This document shows positions 1 to 9,703 of a DNA stretch of 56,280 nt, one piece after another. Positions within the stretch are counted from its first letter, which is position 1, and each line of letters begins with the position of its first letter. This stretch comes from Candidatus Moraniibacteriota bacterium (GTDB taxonomy: Bacteria > Patescibacteriota > Minisyncoccia > Moranbacterales > UBA1568): positions 1 through 56,280 of the forward strand of contig JAAXXG010000007.1 of the NCBI GenBank assembly GCA_013334575.1, read 5' to 3'. Below the pieces are notes generated by a model that saw only the letters and a list, made by a program, of their open reading frames with translations, made no database searches and was not told where the DNA came from. The position numbers were made by a program, and so were the translations under genes.

Positions 1-1663
1 CCTTGATGGTGTCGTCGGCGATCTTCGTCGAAGTCACCGTTCCGGAGCCGATGGTCGTCGTGATGGAGGTGGCGCCGCTTCCGGAGACGTCTCCCGAGAG
101 GGTGACGGTCTGGTTGCCGGTGAGGTACGTCGGAGTCCAACTGGTCCACCCGGTCCCATCAGAACGAAGAAGATTCCCAGCCGTACCAGCAGAGGAAAGA
201 CCCGTCCCTCCATAGGACGCACCAATCAATCCTCCGTGCCACGTACCGGAAGCGACGGTCCCGACTGTCACGATATTCGCGGAACCGCCCCACGTCGAAA
301 GCGCCGTATTCTCTACGTTACCGAGACCGACATCGGAACCGGAAAGCTGTGCCCATGCGGCATCGGTCCCGTTCGACTGGAGAACTCGACCGACGGAGCC
401 GAGCGCGAGCCGGGTCCACTTCGCCGTCGAACCCTGTCCCGTAATAAGATCTCCGCGCTGTACCGTTCCGGTTGTCGTATCGGTATGTGTCGCCGAGAGA
501 AGACCATGCGAACTCCCCCCTAATCCGGAACAGGCTCCCCAGACCGGAACTCCGCCGTTAACAACGAGACACTCCCCATCTACACCGATTCCGAGAGTCG
601 AAAGCGTCGTAGAATCGGCGGCGAAGAGAATATCACCAAAAGCGTACGATGAAAGTCCGGTCCCACCACGAGCGACCGCGATCGTTCCGGAAACGATATC
701 GGATGCGGCATGCGTATGGGAAAGCGCAGCCTTTCCGGAAAGCTGGGTTTGAATATTCCCAGTCACACCGGAAAGATACGAAAGTTCCGAAAGCGTCGCC
801 CCGCCGAAGGTTTGTGCCGCATCGAACGAGATCGTACCCGTCATCGTCCCACCGGAAAGAGACAGGAACGAACCTGATGCTCCGGTCAGTATCTGACTGA
901 ATGCGGCTCCGTCGTTGGAAAGCTGCCAGACTCCGGCTACGGAGTCGTAACGAAGGGTTGGCTTCGCGGCGGAGGATGAAACCGAGAGATCGAAGTTGGC
1001 AACTCCGAGTCCTGTGCCGTTTCCGATGACGAAAGAGTCTGAATCGGTCCCGGAATCCGTATTCTGATCGTGCAACCTTCCGTCATTACCGAGCACGAGC
1101 TGTTTCGTCCCTGTCCCCGTCGGCAGCAGGGCGATATCCAGTTTTCCACCCTTTCCGATCGTCGGAATGTTGCCCGACTTGGTACCGACGATCTTGCCAC
1201 CGAGCGAAGCGGCATTGGACGCGTTGAAAGCGGACGGAACGGAAGCGATTCTCTTCCGAGGAATCATCTCGGAATCGTTTCCGACCCTGATGCCGAGGAA
1301 GTAATCCCGAGTCATATCGGAGAACAAGTCCCGAGGAAGCGGCACTGTCTCTCCGAGCGACGTCCGAACGATACCTCCGCGCACGTCGACTTCTTTGGTT
1401 TCCTCCCAGAGACGCCCCGAAGCGTCGGAGGCCGTGATATCCGAACGGTCCTGCGAATAAATCGCGAAACGGACCGGAAGCGTTCCGCTCACCGTCTCGT
1501 TCCGATCGTCGAACAACGAAAGTGATATGCTTATCTGGTCGAGCGACTGCGCCAAAACCGGTCGCGGTTCACCCTGCCACCGTATGATCGTCCCTACCCC
1601 TAAGATTCCAGCGAGGACGAGTATGAAGATGTTCCGGATTTTTTGTGTTACATACTCTGTCAT
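1..1663 (-). CDS. N-terminal 554 codons of a large membrane-anchored surface protein with phage tail-fibre-like GGTG repeat modules; the 3' end runs off the window
   Basis: Hand translation of the minus strand from ATG at 1663..1661 is open all the way to base 1. It reads MTEYVTQKIRNIFILVLAGILGVGTII..., then ..LSLSGGTMTGTISF.., ..HTHAASDIVSGTIAVARGGTGLSSY.., ..ASYGGTGLSSAGTAGNLLRSDGTGW... It is not in the supplied ORF track, presumably because there is no in-window stop. The other five frames hold only short ORFs here. Confidence 0.8.
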   Translation of the reverse strand, partial: MTEYVTQKIRNIFILVLAGILGVGTIIRWQGEPRPVLAQSLDQISISLSLFDDRNETVSGTLPVRFAIYSQDRSDITASDASGRLWEETKEVDVRGGIVRTSLGETVPLPRDLFSDMTRDYFLGIRVGNDSEMIPRKRIASVPSAFNASNAASLGGKIVGTKSGNIPTIGKGGKLDIALLPTGTGTKQLVLGNDGRLHDQNTDSGTDSDSFVIGNGTGLGVANFDLSVSSSAAKPTLRYDSVAGVWQLSNDGAAFSQILTGASGSFLSLSGGTMTGTISFDAAQTFGGATLSELSYLSGVTGNIQTQLSGKAALSHTHAASDIVSGTIAVARGGTGLSSYAFGDILFAADSTTLSTLGIGVDGECLVVNGGVPVWGACSGLGGSSHGLLSATHTDTTTGTVQRGDLITGQGSTAKWTRLALGSVGRVLQSNGTDAAWAQLSGSDVGLGNVENTALSTWGGSANIVTVGTVASGTWHGGLIGASYGGTGLSSAGTAGNLLRSDGTGWTSWTPTYLTGNQTVTLSGDVSGSGATSITTTIGSGTVTSTKIADDTIK

Positions 1664-1740
1664 GCGGGTTGCACGGACGCCTCGGATAAGACGCCCTCTA
1701 TCCCTGAAATTCTACCATGAAAAACGCCTCTCTCAAAGCT

Positions 1741-2430
1741 TCACTGACTCCTGTCAACCGTCCATCCGAACACCTCCCCGATCGCACCCGCGATGAGCTC
1801 GAACAGCGAGATTTCCTTGGCACCGGTATACACCGCATATGGGTCGGATTCCGCCTTCATCCCCCACTTATCCTGCGCGGAAATGACATAGACGTACGTC
1901 GATGCGGATGACACGTTCGGAATCACGACACTGTGGTTCGTCCCGAATGCCTCCTCGGTAATAACCGCCTCGGCCTGACCGACTCCTTTCCCGTACGAAA
2001 GCGTGGATCGTGCCGGCTTGTTCGTTTCCCAGGTAACGACCAACTCTCCGCCACTCTTCCCTTTGCCGGAAAACGCCTCTCCGTGTACCGAGTCGATGGA
2101 AAGCGGCGACGGGTCGGATTCCGGGACGAACAATCCCATTTCACCGCCGACGGCGATCTCGCCGGTCCGGTAATGCTCACTCCGATACGGAGCCAGGGAA
2201 TCGGGAAGCGATTCCGGAGCCGGGTTCGAATTCTCCGGCACGAAGGACGGACTCTCGGTCTTGATAGTGACCGGAGCCGCCTGCATCGGCTCTTCGAAGG
2301 AAAGAGAGCGGCGTGTTATGCGCCACGAAACGGCGGCGATCGAAACAAGGACGACTGCCGTCGCGAGGATTATATACTTGTTTCGGAAGAGATGTCGGAG
2401 CCTTCGGAAAACTCCACCGTTGCCGGACAT
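1741..2430 (-). CDS. Membrane-anchored protein with a C-terminal Fn3 / purple-acid-phosphatase-N-like beta-sandwich domain
   Basis: Track ORF 1741..2595. The internal ATG at 2430 precedes a TM helix (YIILATAVVLVSIAAV). The C-terminus reads VVTWETNKPARSTLSYGKG...HSVVIPNVSSASTYVYVISAQD. The start is chosen by TM position and a G-rich SD and remains uncertain. Confidence 0.65.
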   Translation of the reverse strand: MSGNGGVFRRLRHLFRNKYIILATAVVLVSIAAVSWRITRRSLSFEEPMQAAPVTIKTESPSFVPENSNPAPESLPDSLAPYRSEHYRTGEIAVGGEMGLFVPESDPSPLSIDSVHGEAFSGKGKSGGELVVTWETNKPARSTLSYGKGVGQAEAVITEEAFGTNHSVVIPNVSSASTYVYVISAQDKWGMKAESDPYAVYTGAKEISLFELIAGAIGEVFGWTVDRSQ

Positions 2431-2600
2431 CGGACCCCCCTGTCCCGTCTCTGGCATACTGGAATGACAAGACCGCGATAACCTTTTTATGATAGCACGG
2501 AATGGCGATCCGACGAAAGAATGCGAAACCGCTCCGACCTTGTTATTTCGACGTATTTCCACTATCCTTCGGGAAGAAATCCGAACCGAAGCCAATACCT

Positions 2601-3695
2601 ATGGAAACCCAGAACCGGACGAAGCGAAACGCCGCGGTCGTCATCATGGCCGGCGGATCCGGCACCAGACTCTGGCCGCTCTCCCGCAAAGGTCGACCGA
2701 AACAGTTCCGGTCGTTCATCTCCGACAAGACCCTGCTAGAGGAGACGTATGACCGTGCGTCGCTAGTCGTCCCGAAAGACCGCATATTCATATCCGGAAC
2801 CGAAGCCTACAGGGATATGATCCTCGAGATCCTCCCGGGCCTCGGAGAGGATCACCTGTTACTCGAGCCGTCGCCGAGAGGAACGGGCCCGGCGATCGGA
2901 CTCATCGCGACGATGCTCGGAAAACGGTTTCCGGGCATCACGGTGGCAACCATCGCTTCCGATCACGCTATCGAAGGAAACGCCGAGTTCGCATCATCGC
3001 TCGGAGCCTGCATCGACCTCGTAACGAAAAACCCGAAAACGCTCGGGATTCTCGGTATAAATCCCACGAAGCCGGATACGGGACTCGGATATGTCCGCAC
3101 CGGACGAGAAATCACCGACAGCGGTTCCGAACGGGCCTTCTTCGTGGACGCTTTCAAGGAAAAACCGGATCGGAAAACAGCCGAAACGTATCTCGCGGAT
3201 TGGCGATACCTCTGGAATGCGGGATATTTCGTGTTCCGTACCGATTCCATGACCGACTGGCTCCGGGACTACGCACCGGAACTCTCCGAAATCCTGACAC
3301 GGATCGATGGCGGGGCCCCTCTCGATGAAACCTACGCCGAAGCCGCGAACGAACCCATCGATACGCTGCTCGCGGAACGTCTCCCGGCCGAATCTCGGAT
3401 CGTCGTTCCGACCTCGATCAAGTGGAGTGACGTCGGCACCTGGGGATCGCTCTTCGAATTCCTCGTACACCGGAACAACGAGAGCAGCTTCCGGTTCGGA
3501 AACGCGGTCGAGCTGGAAGGATCGGGAAATCTCATCTACGGAAACGACACGCGGACCGTCACAGTATTCGGAGTCGACGACCTCGTCGTGGTCGATACCG
3601 ACGATACCGTACTTGTCACAAGTCGCGAGCGTGCAGGAGACATAAAATCGCTCATCGAAGAGCTGAAGAGAAAAGGGCGGGACGACCTTCTCTGA
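2601..3695 (+). CDS. manC: Mannose-1-phosphate guanylyltransferase-like sugar nucleotidyltransferase
   Basis: N-terminal AVVIMAGGSGTRLWPLSRKGRPKQF nucleotidyltransferase motif. The ATG at 2601 lies inside track ORF 2502..3695. Confidence 0.8.
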   Translation: METQNRTKRNAAVVIMAGGSGTRLWPLSRKGRPKQFRSFISDKTLLEETYDRASLVVPKDRIFISGTEAYRDMILEILPGLGEDHLLLEPSPRGTGPAIGLIATMLGKRFPGITVATIASDHAIEGNAEFASSLGACIDLVTKNPKTLGILGINPTKPDTGLGYVRTGREITDSGSERAFFVDAFKEKPDRKTAETYLADWRYLWNAGYFVFRTDSMTDWLRDYAPELSEILTRIDGGAPLDETYAEAANEPIDTLLAERLPAESRIVVPTSIKWSDVGTWGSLFEFLVHRNNESSFRFGNAVELEGSGNLIYGNDTRTVTVFGVDDLVVVDTDDTVLVTSRERAGDIKSLIEELKRKGRDDLL

Positions 3696-3723
3696 GACCG
3701 GCCGAAAGATTTCCGAAATGCCG

Positions 3724-4173
3724 TCAGGACGAGAAGCCGCCTCCATCTTCCGCTGTATCGCTCCCGCCACGGTCGAGCCATTCCTGCAGGATGATTCTGG
3801 CGGCTTCCTGGTCATCGAAGCGCGATATTCGTTTAATACCCCGTTCCCGAAGGTTCGCTTCGGCCATTTTCGTCGTGAACATCTCGTCCTGATAGGCGAT
3901 TCCGATACCGGGAAACGCGTTTAAAACGGCCTCGCCGAAACGCTCGCCCTCATAGACGGATTCCTTCCGGTTCACATACGACGGGATACCGATGACCACG
4001 GTTCCGATTCCCCGTTCGGAGAAAAGTCCGCCGAGACGAGAAAGAAGGGTTCGGTCATTCCGAAGCGTCGTAAGCGAGAACGCGATGCGGGTCTCCGCAT
4101 CCGCGAACGAGACGCCTACGTCGGAAGCGCCCCAGTCTATGCCGAGAAAATTGTCTCCGAACGTTCCGTTCAT
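3724..4173 (-). CDS. ruvX: YqgF/RuvX-family putative pre-16S rRNA nuclease / Holliday junction resolvase-like protein
   Basis: FLGIDWGASDVGVSFAD start, ~149 aa, typical YqgF length and motif. Confidence 0.8.
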   Translation of the reverse strand: MNGTFGDNFLGIDWGASDVGVSFADAETRIAFSLTTLRNDRTLLSRLGGLFSERGIGTVVIGIPSYVNRKESVYEGERFGEAVLNAFPGIGIAYQDEMFTTKMAEANLRERGIKRISRFDDQEAARIILQEWLDRGGSDTAEDGGGFSS

Positions 4174-4202
4174 CTCGAATTCGTCGTTACGGATTTCCCG
4201 GT

Positions 4203-4997
4203 TCAGGTCCGCGTTACGATTTCCGTTCCCCGCTCCGTCACGATGATCGTATCCTCGAAATGGGCGGAAAGGCTTCCGTCACGGGTAACGTACGTCCATC
4301 CGTCCGGCGCCATCCGAAGCGCATATCCTCCCACGTTTATCATTGGCTCAAGCGCGACCGTCATGCCTTTACGGAAAGAGAACTCAGGCACGCGCGAATC
4401 GACATAATTCGGTATCTGCGGATCTTCGTGCAGTTCGCGCCCGACGCCGTGACCGACCAGGTCCCGCACGACCGAGAATCCGTCTTCCCGGACACGGCGT
4501 TCGACTGCCCGAGCGAAGTCCGACAACCGCGCGCCGGACCGGATCTTCCCGATACCACGGTCAAGAGCCTCCCGGGTCGCTATGACAAGTCGGTGTGCCT
4601 CGTCGGACACGGTGCCGATCTCTTTCGTGCGGGCCATGTCCGAGACCATCCCCTGAAACCGCATGCCGATATCGATCTTCAGGAGATCCCCTTCCCGAAG
4701 AATCCTCTTCGGCGACGGAATCCCGTGAACCACCTCGTCATTGAGGGATACACAGGCGGCGGCCGGAAACGGCTTTCCCCATTCGGCACCGTATCCCTTG
4801 AACACGGGAATACCCCCTTGACGTCTGATCGACTCATCCGCAAGGTCGCCAAGTTCCCCGGTGGAAACGCCCGGCCGCGCGGCGCCGAGAAGTTCTTCCA
4901 TCACGGCGGCAAGCCGTCGGCCCGACTCACGAAGATCGTCGAGTTCGCGTTCCGTCTTTATAAGAGCGTTCGTATCCATACGCGGATCGGGGTTCAT
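4203..4997 (-). CDS. map: Methionine aminopeptidase type I
   Basis: Pita-bread fold motifs (VVHGIP, DIGMRFQGMVSDMART, VGHGVGRELHEDPQIPNY, EPMIN). Lies at the end of the spc operon and overlaps adk by ATGA. Confidence 0.95.
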   Translation of the reverse strand: MNPDPRMDTNALIKTERELDDLRESGRRLAAVMEELLGAARPGVSTGELGDLADESIRRQGGIPVFKGYGAEWGKPFPAAACVSLNDEVVHGIPSPKRILREGDLLKIDIGMRFQGMVSDMARTKEIGTVSDEAHRLVIATREALDRGIGKIRSGARLSDFARAVERRVREDGFSVVRDLVGHGVGRELHEDPQIPNYVDSRVPEFSFRKGMTVALEPMINVGGYALRMAPDGWTYVTRDGSLSAHFEDTIIVTERGTEIVTRT

Positions 4998-5683
4998 TTA
5001 CGCCTGACAGCGGAGGCTATCATTCCGAAAATCTCCTCGGCAGAACGGTCACCCGGGACACGTAACAGTATCCCGTTTTTTTCGAAGTCGTCGATAACCG
5101 GCATGGTCTCGTCGCGGAAGATGCGATACCGTTTGCGGACACCCTCTTCCGTATCGTCGGCACGCTGCGAAACGGGAGACCCGCAGGAAGGACAGGCCGA
5201 TCCGCGTGTCGGCAGATCTGCACCGAGAATAAGTTTCCTGCCGCAGACACCGCACGAATACCGCCTCGAGATACGTTCTACGGCGTCCTCTTCGGACAGA
5301 TCGATGAGAATCGCTTTCCGGAGTTCCCGTCCCGAACCGACGATCGCGGACATGACCGACGGTATCTGACTCTCGCGACGCGGTGCACCGTCTATGACGA
5401 CCGGCCGGGATGGACCGATACGCCGCAGCTCGTTCTCGAGGATCGCACGGACGATACCGTCCGGAACCAGTTCCCGACGGGTGTTGATGATCTCCGAGAG
5501 CGCCTCTCCGAACGGCGTCGCCTCCCCAGCCGCCGCGCGCAACGCGGCACCCATATCGACGTGAACCGCGCCGAACTCCCGTCCGAACAGGTCGGCCTGC
5601 GTGCTCTTCCCGCTTCCCGGAGGCCCGAGCAGGATATAGGCGACCGGTTTGGCCGCTCCGTCGTTATGGACATTCCCGTTCAT
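4994..5683 (-). CDS. adk: Adenylate kinase (Zn-lid type)
   Basis: P-loop ILLGPPGSGKSTQA. Lid cysteines CGVCGRK...CPSCGS. Position after secY. Confidence 0.95.
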   Translation of the reverse strand: MNGNVHNDGAAKPVAYILLGPPGSGKSTQADLFGREFGAVHVDMGAALRAAAGEATPFGEALSEIINTRRELVPDGIVRAILENELRRIGPSRPVVIDGAPRRESQIPSVMSAIVGSGRELRKAILIDLSEEDAVERISRRYSCGVCGRKLILGADLPTRGSACPSCGSPVSQRADDTEEGVRKRYRIFRDETMPVIDDFEKNGILLRVPGDRSAEEIFGMIASAVRRK

Positions 5684-5726
5684 CTCTTTCTTCGAAAAGG
5701 GACCGTTCGGTACGAGCGGAAAGCGC

Positions 5727-7028
5727 TCAGAATCCCTCGTAGCTACGCATGGAAAGCTGTCCCTCCATATGCTTCATGAGTTCGAGGACCACCGAAACCA
5801 CGATGAGGATAGAGACACCTCCCAGCGTGAGCGACTGAATGTTCGTTACGTTCTGAAGGACCGAAGGCAAAACGGCGATGATGCCGAGAAAAAGCGCTCC
5901 GCCCAGGGTAATCCTGTTGATGACGCGTCCGAGATATTCCGCCGTCGCCGTTCCGGGACGGATTCCCGGAACGAACCCCCCTTGCCGCTGAAGGTTCTCC
6001 GCGATCTTGAACGGATCGAAGACTACGGCGGTATAGAAGTAGGTGAAAAGGACGACCAGAAGGAAATACAGTCCCGCATAGACCCACTGATCGGAAAGGA
6101 AGACATCCACGGCTACCGCGACGTCGGCAACCTTTCCGGATCCGGACTGGGCGAGATACCCCGCCGCCATCTTCGGGATAAGGATGATGGAAACGGCGAA
6201 GATGATCGGGATGACCCCGGCCTGGTTCACCCGAAGTGGCAGGTGCGTCGACGCGCCGCCGTAGACGCGAGCGCCGCGGAGACGTTTCGCGTACGAGACG
6301 GGAATGACGCGCTGTCCGTCATTGACGAAGACGACTCCGGCGATCGTCACGACACCGACCGCGAGAAACAGGAGGTACGAGAATATCTGTGCCGGATCCC
6401 ATGTCGAGACGAACCGGGCGAACGATACCGGCAACCCGGCGATAATACCCGCAAAAATCATCATGGAAACCCCGTTTCCGAGACCCTGTTCGGTAATGAG
6501 TTCTCCAAGCCACATAAGAAAGACGGTTCCCGCGACAGCCGTAAGAATCATGACTGAAAGCATGGGGGCGGAAGCGATCGCGATGACGCCCTGCGATCGA
6601 AACAACGTGATCATTCCGAACGCCTGCACCGCAGCCAAAGGCAGCGTGAGCCACCGGGTCCACATCGTGAACTTACGGCGCCCCGCCTCCCCCTCTTCCT
6701 TCTGGATCCGTTCGAGCGCAGGAACGGCCATCGTCAGGAGCTGCATGATGATGGAAGCCGAGATATACGGCGCGACCCCAAGAATTACGACGGATACACC
6801 CTTCAGGCCGCCACCCGAGAAGGCGTTGAGAAGTCCGAGCATGCTGTTCTGGTCGAACAGATTCGACAGGACCGCCAGGTCGACGCCGGGAAGCGGTATG
6901 TTCGCCGCGAACCGATAGACGACAAGAACTCCGAGGATGAAGAGAATCTTCCCTCGGAGTTCCGGAACGGAATAGATCTGCCTGAGTGCGCGCATCATGA
7001 CGGTAGTGGTACGACGGTTACCTGACAA
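5727..7028 (-). CDS. secY: Preprotein translocase subunit SecY
   Basis: 433 aa polytopic protein with LGVAPYISASIIMQLL and GGASTHLPLRVNQAGVIPIIFA motifs, in the conserved position after rplO. Confidence 0.97.
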   Translation of the reverse strand: MSGNRRTTTVMMRALRQIYSVPELRGKILFILGVLVVYRFAANIPLPGVDLAVLSNLFDQNSMLGLLNAFSGGGLKGVSVVILGVAPYISASIIMQLLTMAVPALERIQKEEGEAGRRKFTMWTRWLTLPLAAVQAFGMITLFRSQGVIAIASAPMLSVMILTAVAGTVFLMWLGELITEQGLGNGVSMMIFAGIIAGLPVSFARFVSTWDPAQIFSYLLFLAVGVVTIAGVVFVNDGQRVIPVSYAKRLRGARVYGGASTHLPLRVNQAGVIPIIFAVSIILIPKMAAGYLAQSGSGKVADVAVAVDVFLSDQWVYAGLYFLLVVLFTYFYTAVVFDPFKIAENLQRQGGFVPGIRPGTATAEYLGRVINRITLGGALFLGIIAVLPSVLQNVTNIQSLTLGGVSILIVVSVVLELMKHMEGQLSMRSYEGF

Positions 7029-7054
7029 GGTAAAGTATACCGCAAACCGCGGCG

Positions 7055-7495
7055 TCAGTCCTCCTTGACGGTCCCACCCGCCTTCTTCACGGCCTCGAGT
7101 GCCGTGTCGGAGAACCGGATTCGGGAATCGAAGGTAAGCGCCTTCGAAAGCTCGCCACTTCCGACTACCTTGAATCCGCCCTCGACGTGCTTCGGCGAGA
7201 AGAGCTTCTTGCCGAGAATGGTCTCCCGGCTGACCTCTTCGCCCGCGGAAAAATGTCGCTCAAGAAAACCGAGCGTGAGCGCGACGCGCTTCGGACGGGG
7301 GGATTTGAACCCCTTTACCTTTTTCAGCCGTTCGACAAGCGAGGAGCGTCCCCCCTCGAACAGAGGATCGATCGAGGCACCGGAACGGGCTTTCTGTCCC
7401 TTGGTACCGCGACCGGCGGTCTTTCCACGACGGCCGCCGCGACCGACGCGCTTACGCTCCGGTTTCTTGGCTACGGAAAGAGTATTGATCTGCAT
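7055..7495 (-). CDS. rplO: 50S ribosomal protein L15
   Basis: KRVGRGGRRGKTAGRGTKGQKARSG motif; operon order. Confidence 0.95.
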   Translation of the reverse strand: MQINTLSVAKKPERKRVGRGGRRGKTAGRGTKGQKARSGASIDPLFEGGRSSLVERLKKVKGFKSPRPKRVALTLGFLERHFSAGEEVSRETILGKKLFSPKHVEGGFKVVGSGELSKALTFDSRIRFSDTALEAVKKAGGTVKED

Positions 7496-7506
7496 ACGTT
7501 TCGGAC

Positions 7507-8043
7507 TTACTGCTGGTTCTCTCCCGCCTTCGGAGCCGTCTCCTCCTTCTGGACGGAGGCCTCGTTCTTCAGCTGCGAGAAGGCACGTACGGTAGCCCGG
7601 GAAAGATTGAGGGCATTCGATGACCCGAGCGACTTGGAAACGATATCCTTCACGCCCAAAAGGTCGGCCACCGCGCGGACCGCTCCGCCGGCGATGAGAC
7701 CGCGGCCGGCCTTTGCGGGCTTGAGCAGGACCTTCGCACTCCCTTCCTTGGCATACACGTCATGCGCGATGGTTCCCCCGACAAGCGAAACGGAGACGAG
7801 GTGCTTCTTCGCGTCGTTGAACGCCTTCTGGATGGCGTCGGACACGTCGTTCCCCTTCGCGACACCCACGCCGACCTTGCCCTTGCGGTTTCCGATGACA
7901 AGCGTCGCACGGAACCGGAACCGGCGACCACCCTTCACGACACGGGTCACGCGGTCAAGCGAGAGGAGCTTCTGATCGTATTCGGGCCGCTCGCGGCGTC
8001 CGCCTCCCCGACGAGGCCTTCCCTGCTGCTGTTTCATTGCCAT
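7507..8043 (-). CDS. rpsE: 30S ribosomal protein S5
   Basis: VTRVVKGGRRFRFRATLVIGNRKGKVGVGVAKGNDV motif. Only 11 nt separate it from rplO, so no rpmD lies between them. Confidence 0.95.
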   Translation of the reverse strand: MAMKQQQGRPRRGGGRRERPEYDQKLLSLDRVTRVVKGGRRFRFRATLVIGNRKGKVGVGVAKGNDVSDAIQKAFNDAKKHLVSVSLVGGTIAHDVYAKEGSAKVLLKPAKAGRGLIAGGAVRAVADLLGVKDIVSKSLGSSNALNLSRATVRAFSQLKNEASVQKEETAPKAGENQQ

Positions 8044-8061
8044 AGTCGTCGTACAAAGGAA

Positions 8062-8418
8062 TTAGAACTGAAGCCCGGCCTCGCGGGCGCCGTCAGCCAC
8101 GGCCTTCACCTTCCCGTGATACCGATATCCGGAACGGTCAAACACGACGGAGCGGACCCCTTGCGCGAGACACTTCTCACCGATAAGCTTCCCGACTAGG
8201 AACGCTCCCTCGACGGTGTTCTTCGCGTCCTTCCCGAGGTCTCGAATCGAGGCCGAAAGGACGGTTTTTCCGGACAGGTCGTCGATAACCTGCACGGACA
8301 GGGTCCGGAGACTCCGGAATACGGAGAGTCTCGGCCGTTCGGCCGTTCCGGAAATCTTCGCGCGGACACGGCGCGCGCGCGCCTTTCGTTCCCGGTTCCT
8401 GAATATCTGCTTCAGCAT
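8062..8418 (-). CDS. rplR: 50S ribosomal protein L18
   Basis: RPRLSVFRSLRTLSVQVIDD motif; operon order. Confidence 0.95.
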   Translation of the reverse strand: MLKQIFRNRERKARARRVRAKISGTAERPRLSVFRSLRTLSVQVIDDLSGKTVLSASIRDLGKDAKNTVEGAFLVGKLIGEKCLAQGVRSVVFDRSGYRYHGKVKAVADGAREAGLQF

Positions 8419-8442
8419 ACGCGTATGGACTTGGATATGCGA

Positions 8443-8979
8443 TTAGGAAGACGACTTCTTCCCTTCCTTCCGACGGACGAGCTCACCGACATAACGGAAC
8501 CCCTTCCCCTTGTACGGCTCGACCGGCTTCAGGTCACGGATCTCCGCGGCGAACTGACCGACCTGCTGCTTGTCGATTCCGGCGATCGAAAGGACGTTCC
8601 CCTCGATCTTCGCGTCGATACCGGAGGGGATTTCAACCTCGACCGGATGCGAGAAGCCGAGCGCGAGGACGATCTTCTTTCCCTGGACGTTCATGCGGTA
8701 CCCGACACCGTTGAGCTCGAGACGCTTCTCAAACCCCTTGGTCACCCCCTCGACGAGGTTCCCGATCACCTTGGCGGTGGTTCCCCAGACCGCGGAGGCC
8801 TTCTTCGATTCCCCGACCTTCTCGACGGTGAACGTTCCATCGGAAAGCGTCACGCGGACGTCGACATGATGCGCGAAGGAGAGTTCCCCTTTCGGGCCCT
8901 TCACGGTCACGACGTTCGCCTTGACGCCTGCTTCGACGCCCTGCGGGACGGGTATCGGCATTTTCCCTATACGACTCAT
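8443..8979 (-). CDS. rplF: 50S ribosomal protein L6
   Basis: MSRIGKMPIPVPQGV start; operon order. Confidence 0.95.
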   Translation of the reverse strand: MSRIGKMPIPVPQGVEAGVKANVVTVKGPKGELSFAHHVDVRVTLSDGTFTVEKVGESKKASAVWGTTAKVIGNLVEGVTKGFEKRLELNGVGYRMNVQGKKIVLALGFSHPVEVEIPSGIDAKIEGNVLSIAGIDKQQVGQFAAEIRDLKPVEPYKGKGFRYVGELVRRKEGKKSSS

Positions 8980-9011
8980 AACGGCTTCGTTATATCCCCA
9001 TTTACACGCGA

Positions 9012-9422
9012 CTACCAGACCTCGCAGAGGTACTCTCCGCCCAGCCCCTTCTTGTACGCGTCCTCGCCGCTCATGACTCCCTGCGAGGTCGAGATGACCG
9101 CGACTCCGTACCCGTTCTTCACCTTGCGGATCTCACCCTTCTTCGCGTAGACGCGACATCCCTCCTTGCTCACGCGGCGGATACCGGTAATCGCCGGGTC
9201 GCGACGAAGGAGCGTCTTCTCCACATAGCGGAGCGTGATCTCAAGCGTTTCCTTTTTGCCGGTCTCGTCCGCATGTTTCGCGACGCCGCCGATAAACCCA
9301 CGGGATAGGAGGGTCTCCGCGATGGCGAGCTTGAGTTTCGACGCGGGCATCGACACCGACAAATGTCCGGCGCGCTGTGCATTCCTGATCCTGGTGAGCA
9401 TGTCTGCGATGGGATCCAACAT
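9012..9422 (-). CDS. rpsH: 30S ribosomal protein S8
   Basis: DPIADMLTRIRNA motif; operon order. Confidence 0.95.
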   Translation of the reverse strand: MLDPIADMLTRIRNAQRAGHLSVSMPASKLKLAIAETLLSRGFIGGVAKHADETGKKETLEITLRYVEKTLLRRDPAITGIRRVSKEGCRVYAKKGEIRKVKNGYGVAVISTSQGVMSGEDAYKKGLGGEYLCEVW

Positions 9423-9494
9423 AGTCTAGGTCTTACTGAATATCCGGCTTCCCGTCTCCGTCGCCTGAAGCGGCGGACGCGGAAACCGTTCCGA

Positions 9495-9680
9495 TTACCA
9501 CGAGGACTTCCGGACTCCCGGAATCTCGCCCTTGGACGCGAGCTCCCGGAAACAGATCCGGCAGAGGTCGTACCGGCGAAGGTACCCGTGCTTCCGACCG
9601 CACTTCCAACACCGCCGCACGATGCGCGTCGAGAATTTAGGATGCTTTTCCGCTCTCGCCACCACTGAAGTCTTCGCCAT
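9495..9680 (-). CDS. rpsZ: 30S ribosomal protein S14 type Z (zinc-binding)
   Basis: 61 aa, CWKCGRK...CRICFRE, C-terminal RKSSW. Confidence 0.95.
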   Translation of the reverse strand: MAKTSVVARAEKHPKFSTRIVRRCWKCGRKHGYLRRYDLCRICFRELASKGEIPGVRKSSW

Positions 9681-9703
9681 AAGAGAATACGTTTAGGATC
9701 GGT

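Noticed and set aside
1-1700. An alternative genetic code or a large non-coding region, as explanations for the ORF-poor first 1.7 kb and for the in-frame TAA at 28060.
   Set aside because: The region is fully coding on the minus strand in the standard code; the ORF was dropped from the track only because it lacks an in-window stop. All about 60 conserved genes read cleanly with standard stops, so a reassigned TAA or TGA is not supported.
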